The notes: generated by a model from the letters alone, not told the origin. Shown: positions 48,958 through 59,726, counted from the stretch's first letter. The stretch is DNA of 64,000 bases from Aeromicrobium sp. (GCA_035526415.1 DATLCL010000069.1:2461-66460); one strand, 5' to 3'. Program-made: numbers and translations.

Positions 48958-51093
48958 TTACGGCGAGCGGCGGACTGCGGCGTACCCGGCCCACAACACG
49001 AGAACGCCGAGGATCGTCAAGCCGGCCAGGTTCTGCCAGTACTGGTCGGCCGTGAAGTTGATCAGCTTGTCGTCGATGAAGCGCGGCGATCGGTCGAGGT
49101 TGGCGCTGGACGCGGTGGCTGCGAAAGCCCAGCGGCCGGGAGCGAACATCGTGACCTGCTCGATCACGGCGCGACCGGCAACCGGGATGAGCGCGCCGCA
49201 CAAGGCGATCTGGATCATCACCACGGCGACGAGCGCCGGCGTGGTCTGCTCGGTCGAGCGGGCTTTGGCCGAGATCCACAGGCCGACGAACGACATGACC
49301 GCGGCGAACAGCCCGAGTGGGACGGCTATCTCCCACCACCCCTTGTGGAGCACTCCCATGCCGTCTTGTTCCGGTAGGCCCCACGTCGCCAGCCGGGCGA
49401 CGAGGATTCCCTGCAGGAAGCAGACGACACCGAAGACCAGCGCCTTACTGGCGAAGTACCCGCCGGGAGACAGCCCGACGGCGTACTCGCGGCGGAAGAT
49501 GGCGCGCTCCTGCACCAGTTCGCGGATCGACATGGCCGCACCCATCAGTGCGGCCGCGATGATGAGGATGGTGAGTCGCTGGTTCGCCTCCATGGCGTGG
49601 AAGACGCCGCGGCTGTCCTGCCACAGCCCGAGCCCGTAGTCGCCTTGGACAATCCGGCTGAGGCCGGCCAGCACGAGCGGCATCACCAGCAGCATCGTCA
49701 GATGCATCCGGTCCGCGAAGAGAAGCGACAGGTTTCGTCGCACCAGCGTCCGGAACTGGCGAGAGGCCGAGCGGGTGGTCGACGCGATCGTGTCGCGGCG
49801 AGCGCTGGGCGGCGCGGGCGCCGTCGCTGCCGTCGGCGGCAGTTGGGCTGGCGTCTCCAGCAGGTCGAACATCTCCGGGTAGTCCGCGCAGCCGAAGTGC
49901 TCGAGCAGTTCCTCGGGTGGCCCGGCGTACGCAAGTTGCCCGCCCCGGGCAATCACGATGATCGTGTCGCAGAGGTCGAGTCCGAGCACCGAGTGCGTCG
50001 CCACGACCACGACGCGTCCATCGTCGGCGAGGCCGCGCAGCTGATGCATGATCGTGCGGTCGCGGCCGGGGTCTAGGCCGGATGTCGGCTCGTCCAGGAA
50101 CAGCAGGGGCGGAGCCGTGAGCAGCTCTGTCGCGATGGAGACGCGCTTCTTCTGCCCGCCCGACAGTTGCGAGCCGATCCGCTGCCGCTGTTCGGCCTGC
50201 AGCCCGACCTGCCCGATGACGTCGTCGACGCGCGCCTTCAACGCGCCGGCGCTGGTGCTGTCCGGCAGGCGCAACCGGGCCGAGAACATCAGCGATTGGC
50301 GAACGCCGAGCTGCGGATGCTGGATCTCCTCCTGCGGGACGAAGCCGATCTGCGTGCGCAGGTCGAGGTATTCGTCATGCAGGTGATGGCCCTGCCACCA
50401 CACGCCACCGTCCGAGGGCGAGAGCTGCCCAGCGAGGCTGTGCAAGAGCGTCGATTTTCCGGCTCCCGACGGTCCGATGACGGCCGTGAGGGATTTCGGG
50501 CCGAGCGCCACGTCGATGTCGGAGATCAGTATGCGACCGGACTGGGCCCGCACCGCCAAGCGCCGCGCAATGAGGACGGGTCGCTCCGCCGGCGACGGCG
50601 ACGTCCGGGTCTCGACCTTGACGGGATCGCCGCGGACATCAGGAAAAACCGGTGCAATGCGGGGCGCCTCAACCACCGAAGGCGCTGGGGGTACCTCCCG
50701 CTTGCGGGGGACGACCGGGTCCGGCCCGATCCGCGAAATCGGACCGGTGGGTTCGTTCTTGACGACCGTCAGCACCGGGCGTGGCGAGTCCACCGCGATC
50801 TCCACGGGGTGACCATCAGGTGCGCCGACGTGGAGCGTGAACATGCCCGGGTGATCGAACAGGACATGTCGGACGCTCGTTCCTCCGACGTACAGGCCGC
50901 CGGTAAGTCCCTCGTCGAAGACGTGCCATCCGTCCGCGCCGGAGACGAAGCCCAGTAGGCCCAAGCGAGCCGACGGCCCGGTGAGCGTGCGCCACGTCCC
51001 GCTGGCCCCGACACGCAACCGGTCGAGCGCCACGGCACCGGCCCCGCCCTCGTCGGGCGCGGGCCTCATCTGGGCAGGCGACGGGCCGGTCAT
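48958..51093 (-). CDS. ABCG-type transporter (NBD-TMD), Rv1747-like, with degenerate FHA remnant
   Basis: GPSGAGKSTL, LSGGQKKR, FLDEPTSGLD, ERAIFRRE; N-terminal WHVFDEGLTGGLYVGG and Pro-rich linker. Confidence 0.88.
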   Translation of the reverse strand: MTGPSPAQMRPAPDEGGAGAVALDRLRVGASGTWRTLTGPSARLGLLGFVSGADGWHVFDEGLTGGLYVGGTSVRHVLFDHPGMFTLHVGAPDGHPVEIAVDSPRPVLTVVKNEPTGPISRIGPDPVVPRKREVPPAPSVVEAPRIAPVFPDVRGDPVKVETRTSPSPAERPVLIARRLAVRAQSGRILISDIDVALGPKSLTAVIGPSGAGKSTLLHSLAGQLSPSDGGVWWQGHHLHDEYLDLRTQIGFVPQEEIQHPQLGVRQSLMFSARLRLPDSTSAGALKARVDDVIGQVGLQAEQRQRIGSQLSGGQKKRVSIATELLTAPPLLFLDEPTSGLDPGRDRTIMHQLRGLADDGRVVVVATHSVLGLDLCDTIIVIARGGQLAYAGPPEELLEHFGCADYPEMFDLLETPAQLPPTAATAPAPPSARRDTIASTTRSASRQFRTLVRRNLSLLFADRMHLTMLLVMPLVLAGLSRIVQGDYGLGLWQDSRGVFHAMEANQRLTILIIAAALMGAAMSIRELVQERAIFRREYAVGLSPGGYFASKALVFGVVCFLQGILVARLATWGLPEQDGMGVLHKGWWEIAVPLGLFAAVMSFVGLWISAKARSTEQTTPALVAVVMIQIALCGALIPVAGRAVIEQVTMFAPGRWAFAATASSANLDRSPRFIDDKLINFTADQYWQNLAGLTILGVLVLWAGYAAVRRSP

Positions 51094-51204
51094 GTCCACC
51101 CCACGCTAGTTGCACTGGCCTCTCGTGCCACAGGGGACACGCCACCGATGCTGCGCTTGCCGTGAGCAATCGCCAGAGCGGGCGCTGAGGTTGCTCCGTG
51201 GTCC

Positions 51205-51231
51205 GGAACAGCGAACCTTCTTCGTTCGTTG
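51205..51231 (+). promoter_or_regulatory. SigE/SigH-type ECF promoter for htpX
   Basis: GGAAC-N17-CGTTG about 40 nt upstream of the start. Confidence 0.75.
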
Positions 51232-51269
51232 ATCAGTCAATAGGGTTGCGACCGGAGAAAGGACCCGTC

Positions 51270-52154
51270 GTGCACCACCATTTCAACGGCTTGAAGACCG
51301 CGGCACTGTTCGGCTTCCTGTGGGCGGCCTTGTTTGCGATCTGGGCAGCACTCGGCGCGCAGTCCGGAATGCTCTGGATCTTCGTCCTCCTCGGCTTGGG
51401 CTCGACAGCATGGGGCTACTGGAACTCGGCCAAGATGGCGCTGCGCGCGATGCATGCCTACCCGGTCACCGAGGCCGACCAGCCGGCGATGTACCGGATC
51501 GTGCGTGAGCTGTCGTCCGCGGCGGGCAAGCCGATGCCGACCCTTTATGTCTCGCCCACCCAGGCGCCCAACGCTTTCGCGACCGGCCGCAACCCCGAGA
51601 ACGCGGCGGTCTGCTGCACCGAGGGCATCCTGCAGCTGTTGGACGAGCGCGAGTTGCGCGGCGTACTCGGGCATGAGCTGATGCACGTCTACAACCGCGA
51701 CATCCTGACGTCGTCTGTGGCCGCTGGCATCGCCGGGATCATCACGGCCGTCGCACAGTTCGCCTTCTTCTTCGGGGGCCGCCGGGGCACTGGCGGCAAC
51801 CCGATTGCGGCACTCGCGCTGGCTTTCCTCGCGCCGTTGGCAGCTACGATCATCCAGCTCGCCATCTCGCGCACCCGTGAGTACGACGCCGACGAGGACG
51901 GCGCCCGCCTCACCGGCGACCCGCTGGCGCTCGCGTCGGCCTTGAACAAGCTGGAGCTGGGCACCCAGGCCGCTCCCCTTCCGCAGGACCAGCGCTTGGT
52001 CGACGTCTCCCACCAGATGATCGCCAACCCGTTCCGGGGCGCAGGCTTTGCCAAGCTGTTCGCCACCCATCCGCCAATGGACGAGCGCATCGCCCGACTG
52101 CAGGCCATGTCATACGAGGGTGGGGCCACCGGCAACGGGCGTCAGGGCGCCTGA
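51270..52154 (+). CDS. htpX: Zinc metalloprotease HtpX
   Basis: NGLKTA, PNAFATGRNP, HELMH, SRTREYDAD, FATHPPM. Confidence 0.95.
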   Translation: MHHHFNGLKTAALFGFLWAALFAIWAALGAQSGMLWIFVLLGLGSTAWGYWNSAKMALRAMHAYPVTEADQPAMYRIVRELSSAAGKPMPTLYVSPTQAPNAFATGRNPENAAVCCTEGILQLLDERELRGVLGHELMHVYNRDILTSSVAAGIAGIITAVAQFAFFFGGRRGTGGNPIAALALAFLAPLAATIIQLAISRTREYDADEDGARLTGDPLALASALNKLELGTQAAPLPQDQRLVDVSHQMIANPFRGAGFAKLFATHPPMDERIARLQAMSYEGGATGNGRQGA

Positions 52155-52280
52155 TCATCCGACTCCCCGGGTGCGTGCCCCCGACCCCCTGTGCACGCGA
52201 TTCAGACAAGTGTCATACTTCGAAGAACGAGGCCCATGCACGGCCTCGATCCCAAGCACCAGCTTTCGGAGGTCCTTCGC

Positions 52281-53495
52281 ATGACCGAAGCATTCATCTA
52301 TGACGCCATCCGCACTCCGCGCGGGCGTGGCAAGAACACCGGCTCGCTGCACGAGGTCAAGCCGATCTCACTGTTGACCGGCCTGCTCGAGGAGTTGCCG
52401 AAGCGCAATCCGAGCCTCGACGGCAACCAGGTTGACGACGTCGTCCTCGGTGTTGTTTCCCCGGTTGGCGACCAGGGCGCCGACATCGCCCGCACCGCGG
52501 TCCTCGCCGCCGGATTCGGTGAGCAGGTTGCCGGTGTGCAGCTCAACCGGTTCTGCGCCTCCGGCCTTGAGGCGGTCAACCAGGCCGCGGCTCGCGTCAA
52601 GTCCGGCTGGGAAGACCTGATCATCGCCGGCGGCGTCGAATCCATGAGCCGCGTACCGATGGGCTCCGACGGTGGCGCGTGGGCCATGGACCCACAGACC
52701 GCCTTCGACGCGTCCTTCGTGCCGCAGGGCATCGGCGCTGACCTCATCGCCACGATGGAGGGCTTCTCCCGAACTGACGTCGACACGTTCGCTGCTGAGT
52801 CGCAGGCCCGGGCCGCGAAGGCGATCGCCAACGGCTACTTCACCAAGTCGATCATCCCGGTCCAGGACCGCAACGGCGTCACGATCCTGGATCACGACGA
52901 GTTCGTCCGCGAAGGCACGACCGTCGAGAGCCTGAGCTCGCTCAAGCCGTCGTTCGAGTTCCTCGGCGAGATGGGCGGCTTCAACGCGGTGGCGCTCAAC
53001 CGGTATTACGAGGTCGAGAAGATCAACCACGTGCACCACGCGGGCAACTCCTCCGGCATCGTCGACGGCGCCGCGCTCGTCCTGTTGGGCAACGAGAAGG
53101 CCGGCGAGAAGCACGGCCTCACGCCGCGCGCCCGCGTCGTCTCGACTGCCGTCATCGGCAGTGAGCCGACCATCATGCTGACCGGCCCCGCCCCGTCGTG
53201 CCGCAAGGCGCTGGACAAGGCCGGCTTGTCGATCGAGGACATCGACCTGCTCGAGATCAACGAGGCATTCGCCGCGGTGGCGCTCAAGCTGATGCGCGAC
53301 CTCGGCGACTACCCGGCCGACCAGACCAACGTCAACGGCGGCGCGATCGCGATGGGCCACCCGCTGGGTGCCACCGGCGCGATGATCCTCGGCACGCTCG
53401 TCGACGAGCTGGAGCGGCGCGAGAAGCGCTACGGCATGGCCACCCTGTGCGTCGGCGGCGGCATGGGCATCGCCACCATCGTCGAGCGCATCTGA
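52281..53495 (+). CDS. fadA: Acetyl-CoA C-acyltransferase (thiolase)
   Basis: [26 protein letters not shown]. Confidence 0.93.
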   Translation: MTEAFIYDAIRTPRGRGKNTGSLHEVKPISLLTGLLEELPKRNPSLDGNQVDDVVLGVVSPVGDQGADIARTAVLAAGFGEQVAGVQLNRFCASGLEAVNQAAARVKSGWEDLIIAGGVESMSRVPMGSDGGAWAMDPQTAFDASFVPQGIGADLIATMEGFSRTDVDTFAAESQARAAKAIANGYFTKSIIPVQDRNGVTILDHDEFVREGTTVESLSSLKPSFEFLGEMGGFNAVALNRYYEVEKINHVHHAGNSSGIVDGAALVLLGNEKAGEKHGLTPRARVVSTAVIGSEPTIMLTGPAPSCRKALDKAGLSIEDIDLLEINEAFAAVALKLMRDLGDYPADQTNVNGGAIAMGHPLGATGAMILGTLVDELERREKRYGMATLCVGGGMGIATIVERI

Positions 53496-53559
53496 CGCGA
53501 AGCGGATCGAGTGCCGCGCGCAGCGCGGTGTATCGAGATCACCAACTAGGAGAACTTGA

Positions 53560-55752
53560 ATGACCAGCACTGACGCTGTGAAGTACGACCTGTCCGACGG
53601 GATCGTCACCCTCACCATCGACGACCCGAACCAGGGCGCCAACACCATGAACGAGGCGTACCGCACCTCGATGGCGGCGGCCGTCAACCGCCTCGCCGAC
53701 GAGGTCGCGGCCAGCCCCGACTCGATCAAGGGCGTCATCGTCACCTCCGGCAAGAAGACATTCTTCGCCGGCGGCGACCTCAAGTTGATGACGCAGGCGA
53801 CGCCCGCCGACGCCGAGCGCTTCTTCAACGAGGTCGAGTCCATCAAGGCGACGCTGCGCAAGCTCGAGACCATCGGCAAGCCCGTCGTCGCTGCCGTCAA
53901 CGGCGCTGCACTCGGCGGCGGCCTGGAGATCGCGCTCGCCTGTCACCACCGGGTCGCAGCGGACGGTCGCTACGAGATCGGCCTGCCGGAGGTCACCCTC
54001 GGCCTGCTCCCTGGCGGCGGCGGCGTGACCCGCACGGTCCGGATGTTCGGCATCCAGGACGCGATCATGAATGTCCTCATCCAGGGCCCGCGCATGCAGC
54101 CGGCCGTCGCCCAGTCCAAGGGCCTGGTCGACGAAGTTGTTCCGGCCGAGGAACTGCTGAGCGCCGCCAAGGCGTGGATCGAGTCGGTCCAGGGCGACGA
54201 GGACGCCGCGGTTCAGCCGTGGGACCGCAAGGGCTACCGGATCCCCGGCGGTACGCCGAGCTCACCGTCGCTCGCAGCCGTGCTGCCGAGCTTCCCGGCC
54301 AACCTGGTCAAGCAGGTCAAGGGCGCCGACTTCAAAGCCCCCAAGGCGATCATGGCAGCGGCCGTCGAGGGTTCGCAGGTCGACTTCGACACCGCGTCGC
54401 GGATCGAGTCGCGCTATTTGACTGAACTCATCATCGGTCAGCAGTTCAAGAACATGACCCAGGCGTTCTTCTTCGACCTGTCGGCAATCAACGCCGGCAA
54501 CTCGCGTCCTGAGGGCGTCGAGCGGAAGAAGTTCCAGAAGGTCGGCGTCATCGGCGCCGGCATGATGGGCGCGGGCATCGCCTACGTCTCGGCGAAGGCG
54601 GGCATGGAGGTCGTCCTGAAGGACGTCAGCCTCGACGCCGCCGAGAAGGGCAAGAGCTACAGCGCCGACATCCTGGCCAAGCAGCTCGAGAAAGGCCGGA
54701 CCACGCAGGAGAAGATCGACGAGTTCCTCGGCCGCATCACGGCGACCGACAACTATGACGACCTCGAGGGCGTCGACATCGTGGTCGAGGCGGTGTTCGA
54801 GAACCAGGAGCTGAAGCACTCGGTGTTCGCCGAGCTCGAGCCGAAGATCCTGCCGGACGCGCTGCTCGGTTCCAACACGTCGACGCTGCCCATCACCGGT
54901 CTCGCCGAGGGCGTGAGCCGGCCGGACGACTTCATCGGCATCCATTTCTTCAGCCCCGTGGACAAGATGATGCTCGTCGAGATCATCGCCGGCGAGAAGA
55001 CGAACGACGCGACGATCGCGCATGCGCTCGACTACGTCCAGCAGATCAAGAAGATCCCGATCGTCGTCAACGACAGCCGCGGCTTCTTCACCTCGCGGGT
55101 CATTGGCCAGTTCATCAACGAGGGCCAGCGGATGCTGGCCGAGGGCGTCAGCCCGGTGGCCATCGATCGCGCGGCCACGCTCGCGGGCTTCCCGACCGGT
55201 GTGCTGCAGATCAGCGACGAGCTGAACCTCAAGTTGATGAAGAAGATCGCCGACAGCTTCAAGGCCGGCGTCGAAGCCGCGGGCGGCACCTACGTGCCGG
55301 AGCCGGGCGCACTGGTCGTCGAGAAGATGCTCGAGCTTGACCGCCCCGGCAAGCTCGAGGGCAAGGGCTTCTACGACTACGTCGACGGTAAGCGCGTCGG
55401 CCTGTGGGACGGCCTCGCCGAGGTTTTCCCGGCGGCCGATGAGCAGCCGCCGTTGAAGGACCTCGAAGACCGGCTCATCTTCTCGATGTCGATCGACACG
55501 GTGAACTGTCTCGCCGAAGGCGTGCTGCGGACCGTGCCGGACGCCAACATCGGCTCGATCTTCGGCATCGGCTTCCCGGCTCTGCTCGGCGGCGCGATCC
55601 AGGCCATCAACGGCTGGGAAGGTGCGGACGGCGAGATCGGACCGTCGGCCTTCGTCAAGCGCGCCGAGGAACTGGCGGCCCAGTACGGAGAGCGCTTCAA
55701 CCCGCCGGCACTCCTCCTGGAGAAGGCCAAGAACGGCGAGAAGTTCGTCTGA
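53560..55752 (+). CDS. fadB: Fatty acid oxidation complex alpha subunit (enoyl-CoA hydratase/3-hydroxyacyl-CoA dehydrogenase)
   Basis: FFAGGDL, ALGGGLE, GLPEV, GAGMMGAG, SNTSTL, HFFSPV. Confidence 0.93.
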   Translation: MTSTDAVKYDLSDGIVTLTIDDPNQGANTMNEAYRTSMAAAVNRLADEVAASPDSIKGVIVTSGKKTFFAGGDLKLMTQATPADAERFFNEVESIKATLRKLETIGKPVVAAVNGAALGGGLEIALACHHRVAADGRYEIGLPEVTLGLLPGGGGVTRTVRMFGIQDAIMNVLIQGPRMQPAVAQSKGLVDEVVPAEELLSAAKAWIESVQGDEDAAVQPWDRKGYRIPGGTPSSPSLAAVLPSFPANLVKQVKGADFKAPKAIMAAAVEGSQVDFDTASRIESRYLTELIIGQQFKNMTQAFFFDLSAINAGNSRPEGVERKKFQKVGVIGAGMMGAGIAYVSAKAGMEVVLKDVSLDAAEKGKSYSADILAKQLEKGRTTQEKIDEFLGRITATDNYDDLEGVDIVVEAVFENQELKHSVFAELEPKILPDALLGSNTSTLPITGLAEGVSRPDDFIGIHFFSPVDKMMLVEIIAGEKTNDATIAHALDYVQQIKKIPIVVNDSRGFFTSRVIGQFINEGQRMLAEGVSPVAIDRAATLAGFPTGVLQISDELNLKLMKKIADSFKAGVEAAGGTYVPEPGALVVEKMLELDRPGKLEGKGFYDYVDGKRVGLWDGLAEVFPAADEQPPLKDLEDRLIFSMSIDTVNCLAEGVLRTVPDANIGSIFGIGFPALLGGAIQAINGWEGADGEIGPSAFVKRAEELAAQYGERFNPPALLLEKAKNGEKFV

Positions 55753-55786
55753 GTACCCGGCGCGCGCTCCTGGCGTCGCGCTCATT

Positions 55787-55808
55787 CCGGCGTGCCCGTG
55801 CACGCCGG
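55787..55808. terminator. GC hairpin between convergent fadB and ppk2
   Basis: CCGGCGTGC-CCGT-GCACGCCGG, 9-bp stem, no U-tract. Confidence 0.5.
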
Positions 55809-55880
55809 GCCGGCTGGCACGGCTGCGCCGCGCCTATGGTTGCGAAGCCGGATCGCTCGTCGAGCACGCACGAGCACGGG

Positions 55881-56735
55881 TCAGAAGTTCAGCGGGACGA
55901 AGGTCTGCTCGTGCATCGGCGGGCGGATGTAGTCGATCTTGGCCATGGTCGGAATCTGGACTTCCGGTGGCGTGACGTCGCCGTAGTCGAACTGGCTGAG
56001 CAGGTGGCTGATGCAGTTCAGCCGTGCCGCACGCTTGTCGTCAGACGGGACGACGTACCAGGGCGCCTGCTTGATGTCGGTGTACTGGAACGTGGTGTCC
56101 TTCGCCATCGAGTACCTGACGTACAGCTCGTGCTCGGCCAGGTCCATGTCGGAGAGCTTCCAGCGCTTGAGCGGCTCGGCGTTGCGGGCGGCGAACCGAG
56201 CAGTTTGCTCCTCGTAGGAGACGCTGAACCAGTACTTGATTACCTTGATACCCGACCGGACGAGCATGCGCTCGAACTCCGGCGCCGAGCGCAGGAACTC
56301 CTGGTGCTCCTCTTCGCTGCAGAAGCCCATCACCCATTCGACGTTCGAGCGGTTGTACCAGCTCCGGTCGAACAGGCACATCTCGCCGGCGGCCGGCAGG
56401 TGCGCGATGTACCGCTGGAAGTACCACTGGGTGCGCTCACGCTCGGTCGGTTTCGGCAGTGCCACGACCCGCACCGTCCGGGGGCTCGTCCGCTCGGTGA
56501 TGCGCTTGATGACGCCGCCCTTACCGGCCGACCCGCGACCCTCGAAGATCACCAGCACGCGCTCGCCGGTCTCGGCGATCCAGTACTGGAGCTTGACGAG
56601 CTCGTTGTGCAACCGCTCGATCTCGTCGTTGTAGACCTCGGCTTTGAGTTTGCCCTTCTTGGTGTAGTTGTTCGGGTCGCGGTGGTCGCCGACGACTCGT
56701 TCCTCGTTAGCGCCTTCCGGCAGCGTCGTCGCCAT
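55881..56735 (-). CDS. ppk2: Polyphosphate kinase 2
   Basis: FEGRGSAGKGG, QWYFQRY, FDRSWYNR, WKLSDMD, DDKRAARLN. Confidence 0.95.
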   Translation of the reverse strand: MATTLPEGANEERVVGDHRDPNNYTKKGKLKAEVYNDEIERLHNELVKLQYWIAETGERVLVIFEGRGSAGKGGVIKRITERTSPRTVRVVALPKPTERERTQWYFQRYIAHLPAAGEMCLFDRSWYNRSNVEWVMGFCSEEEHQEFLRSAPEFERMLVRSGIKVIKYWFSVSYEEQTARFAARNAEPLKRWKLSDMDLAEHELYVRYSMAKDTTFQYTDIKQAPWYVVPSDDKRAARLNCISHLLSQFDYGDVTPPEVQIPTMAKIDYIRPPMHEQTFVPLNF

Positions 56736-56849
56736 GGAATGCCTCCCGCCGCGGCGTCGGAGTGGCCGCCAGCACTACTGGCGTCATCGTGGAGCACGGC
56801 GACCCGACGTGACAAGTGCCAGCGCTTTTGCTGTTGGCACAATGGCGCC

Positions 56850-57524
56850 ATGAGGTTCCCAACTCCCCGGGTCTTGGTTGTCGGCTTGGCCGTGGCCGGA
56901 GCGCTCGTCGCCGGGTGCGAGCCGTCGCGATCGCCCGATGCACCGATCGAGTCAACCGCACCGCCGTCGCCGGAAGCCATCCAGAAACTGGTGGGGCCGG
57001 GCTGTGCGGCTTATGCCAAGAAGTACGCGACGGGACCCGGCTCGGTTGCGGCCTTGGCCGATCAGCCGGCGGTCACGGCCATCGAGGAACACCCCATGCT
57101 GCGGCTGTTCGCATCGGCGATCTCGGGCGACCTGAACGAACGAGTCGAGCTCACGCAGGAGCTCGACGCGGGCGAGGTCACCATCTTCGCGCCGACCGAC
57201 GACGCCTTCCGCGCCAAGGTGCCGAAGCAGTGGATGCGTACTCTCGCCGAGCCGAAGAACGCCGACGCCCTCACTGATCTCCTGCTGTATCACGTTGCCG
57301 TGGGCCAGCGAGCGCCGAGCCAGCTGGCCGGTCCCCTCGAGACGCGGAGCGGGGAGAAGCTGAGCATCGAGCGCGACGGCGACCGCATCCGAGTCGCCGA
57401 CCAGGCGAACGTGGTGTGCGGCGGGCTCCGTACGGCCAACGCGACGATCTACCTGATCGACTCGGTTCTCATGCCGCCGTCGCAAGCCACCCCGACAAGC
57501 CAACCAACGTCGGCAGCCCCGTAG
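56850..57524 (+). CDS. Fasciclin-domain lipoprotein (MPT83/MPT70-like)
   Basis: Lipobox VAGC; LVGPGCAAYA, TIFAPTDDAF, LLYHV, CGGLRTANATIYLIDSVLMP. Confidence 0.9.
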   Translation: MRFPTPRVLVVGLAVAGALVAGCEPSRSPDAPIESTAPPSPEAIQKLVGPGCAAYAKKYATGPGSVAALADQPAVTAIEEHPMLRLFASAISGDLNERVELTQELDAGEVTIFAPTDDAFRAKVPKQWMRTLAEPKNADALTDLLLYHVAVGQRAPSQLAGPLETRSGEKLSIERDGDRIRVADQANVVCGGLRTANATIYLIDSVLMPPSQATPTSQPTSAAP

Positions 57525-57546
57525 AACGGGGGAGCCGCGCGCACAG

Positions 57547-58566
57547 TCATCTCCAGCCGAGCTCGGGGGCGACGAGTTTCACGATGCTCTCCAGGACGTG
57601 CGTGTTGTAGTCGACGCCCAACTGGTTCGGCACGGTGAGCAGGAGCGTGTCGGCGGCCGCGATGGCCTCATCGGCGCGGAGCTGCTCAACAAGCTCGTCC
57701 GGCTCGGCCGCGTAGCTGCGACCGAAGATGGCTCGGAAGTTGTCGATCTGCCCGACCTGGTCCGCCGAGCCTCCGTTGCGGCCGAAATACGAGCGGTCGA
57801 GGTCGCTGACGATCGGGAAGATGCTGCGACTGACGGATACACGTGCCTCCCGCTCCCAGCCAGCTGTGCTCCACTGCTCGCGAAACTTCTCGATCTGTTT
57901 GCGCTGCTGGACGTGGAACGGCTCACCCGATTCGTCCGCCTTGAGCGTCGAGCTCATGAGGTTGACACCCAGGTCAGCCGCCCATTCAGCGGTCGCGTCC
58001 GACCCTGCGCCCCACCAGATGCGGTCGCGCAGGCCGGGTGAGTGCGGCTCGACGCGCAGAAGGCCGGGCGGGTTGGGGAACATCGGCCGCGGGTTTGGCT
58101 CGGCGAAGCCTTCACCCTTCAACAGCTCCAGAAAGACCTCAGCGTGGCGGCGCCCCATATCGGCGTCGGTCTTGCCCTCGGCCGGCTCGAAGCCGAAGTA
58201 GCGCCAGCCGTCGATGACTTGTTCCGGTGAGCCGCGGCTGATGCCCAGCTGGAGCCGGCCACCGGCGATCAGGTCGGCTGCGCCGGCGTCCTCGGCCATG
58301 TACAGCGGGTTTTCGTACCGCATGTCGATGACACCGGTGCCGATCTCGATGGTCGACGTCTTCGCGCCGATCGCGGCCAGCAGTGGGAACGGCGACGCGA
58401 GCTGACGGGCGAAGTGGTGGACGCGGAAGTAGGCGCCGTCGGCTCCGACCTCCTCGGCGGCGACCGCCAGGTCGATGGACTGCAGCAGAACGTCCGACGC
58501 CGTGCGGGCCACCGAGCCGGGCGTGGCCGACCAATGACCGAAGGAGAGGAACCCGATCTTCTTCAC
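57547..58566 (-). CDS. LLM-class flavin-dependent oxidoreductase
   Basis: IGFLSFGHW, AYFRVHHF, GTGVIDMRYENP, GISRGSPEQ. Confidence 0.92.
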   Translation of the reverse strand: MKKIGFLSFGHWSATPGSVARTASDVLLQSIDLAVAAEEVGADGAYFRVHHFARQLASPFPLLAAIGAKTSTIEIGTGVIDMRYENPLYMAEDAGAADLIAGGRLQLGISRGSPEQVIDGWRYFGFEPAEGKTDADMGRRHAEVFLELLKGEGFAEPNPRPMFPNPPGLLRVEPHSPGLRDRIWWGAGSDATAEWAADLGVNLMSSTLKADESGEPFHVQQRKQIEKFREQWSTAGWEREARVSVSRSIFPIVSDLDRSYFGRNGGSADQVGQIDNFRAIFGRSYAAEPDELVEQLRADEAIAAADTLLLTVPNQLGVDYNTHVLESIVKLVAPELGWR

Positions 58567-58624
58567 GGTGAGTTAAAGCCCAGAACGCACCGAATCATTC
58601 CTCGTTGAAACTGAAACTACCTGC

Positions 58625-59104
58625 TCAGGCGACGGCGACCTTGCTCAACCGGCGCTGGCGCTCGACGGTCGCGAGGTAGAAAGCCCACCCGAACGCGAAG
58701 CTGGTGAACAGCGTCACCACGAAGAACATCCAGGGCCGGGCAATGTCGCGCCGACGCCCGTCGATGATCGCCATCAGCGGCAGCAGGATGACGTTGCCGA
58801 TGGTGTAGTCCTGCCCGGCCGACCCGGCCGCCGGGTTGGCGAACATCAGCTGCATGTACTGCGCCCAGCTGCCGTCTCCCCAGAACGGGTTGGAGAGCGC
58901 CGTTCCGGGCCCGTACTCGTTGACGAACCGGATGTTGAACCACCAGCCCAGGGCAACCGATGCGACGCCGACGACGTAGAAGACGGCCTCGAGCGCCGAG
59001 AGCGCTGGCCCTCCTTCGACGCGTCGGAAGATCGTCGGGTTGGACCGGATGATGAACCAGATGCAGAGAATGCCGAGGATGGCATGAACGGTCAGCGACA
59101 CCAT
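58625..59104 (-). CDS. DUF2834-like membrane protein (Rv3831-like)
   Basis: MVSLTVHAILG, FNIRFV, NPAAGSAGQDYTIGNV, LFTSFAF. Confidence 0.8.
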   Translation of the reverse strand: MVSLTVHAILGILCIWFIIRSNPTIFRRVEGGPALSALEAVFYVVGVASVALGWWFNIRFVNEYGPGTALSNPFWGDGSWAQYMQLMFANPAAGSAGQDYTIGNVILLPLMAIIDGRRRDIARPWMFFVVTLFTSFAFGWAFYLATVERQRRLSKVAVA

Positions 59105-59129
59105 GCGCTGACTCTCGCTTCCGGCACTC

Positions 59130-59151
59130 GTTTTGTCAATAGTGACGAAAG
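59130..59151. repeat. 22-bp palindromic operator, copy 1 (overlaps tetR stop codon)
   Basis: GTTTTGTCAATAGTGACGAAAG; inverted copy at 59745-59766 matches 21/22. Confidence 0.85.
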
Positions 59152-59726
59152 GCGGGACTGATGGCCTCGAGCGCGTCGCGGGAAACCTGCGCCAGCTCGG
59201 GCAGCGACCGGTCATCCCTCTGTAGCCAAACTTCCATGCCGGCGAAGACGGCAGCGGCGATGGCACGTGCAGCGACGGTCACGCCGAGTTCGTCGGCGTC
59301 GGGGTGGCGCCGGTGCAGGTGGTCGAGCAGTGCATGAGCGAAGTCCGATTGCACCCGACGCATGTGCTGCACGATGCGACTCGGGTCGAGCGTCCCGACA
59401 CGCAGGTTGGCGATTTGCATGACGGCGTCGACGTCATATGGGAACGCGAAAATCGCTGCGTTCACAGACGCAATCACTGGCTCGCCGGTCGGGCGCTCCG
59501 ACAGCGCTCGGCGGAACCAGTGCAGGCCGGAGTCGTAGTCGGCGAAGAGGAGGTCGTGCTTGGAGCCGAAGTGGCGATAGAACGTTCGGAGTGTCACACC
59601 CGCGTCGGTGGCGATCTGTTCCGCCGTCGTGGCGTCGACGCCCTGAGCCAGGAAGCGCACCATGGCCGCTTTGAGCAGGGCCGAACGAGTGCGTTCGGAG
59701 CGCGCAGTCTGAGGCGTCGTCGGCAT
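59136..59726 (-). CDS. TetR regulator (Rv3830c-like)
   Basis: QTARSERTR, GVTLRTFYRHF.SKHDLLFADY. Confidence 0.9.
   Translation of the reverse strand: MPTTPQTARSERTRSALLKAAMVRFLAQGVDATTAEQIATDAGVTLRTFYRHFGSKHDLLFADYDSGLHWFRRALSERPTGEPVIASVNAAIFAFPYDVDAVMQIANLRVGTLDPSRIVQHMRRVQSDFAHALLDHLHRRHPDADELGVTVAARAIAAAVFAGMEVWLQRDDRSLPELAQVSRDALEAISPAFRHY

Noticed and set aside
52205-52214. GACAAGTGTC palindrome upstream of fadA
   Set aside because: A 4-bp arm is too short to call an operator without other copies.
55836-57524. Apparent 562-aa fasciclin fusion
   Set aside because: The N-terminal part is the antisense of ppk2. The real lipoprotein starts at 56850 with a signal peptide.
58575-58601. Possible SigR/SigH promoter for the LLM gene (GGAAT-N18-CTT on minus strand)
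   Set aside because: The -10 element deviates from GTT, so support is insufficient.
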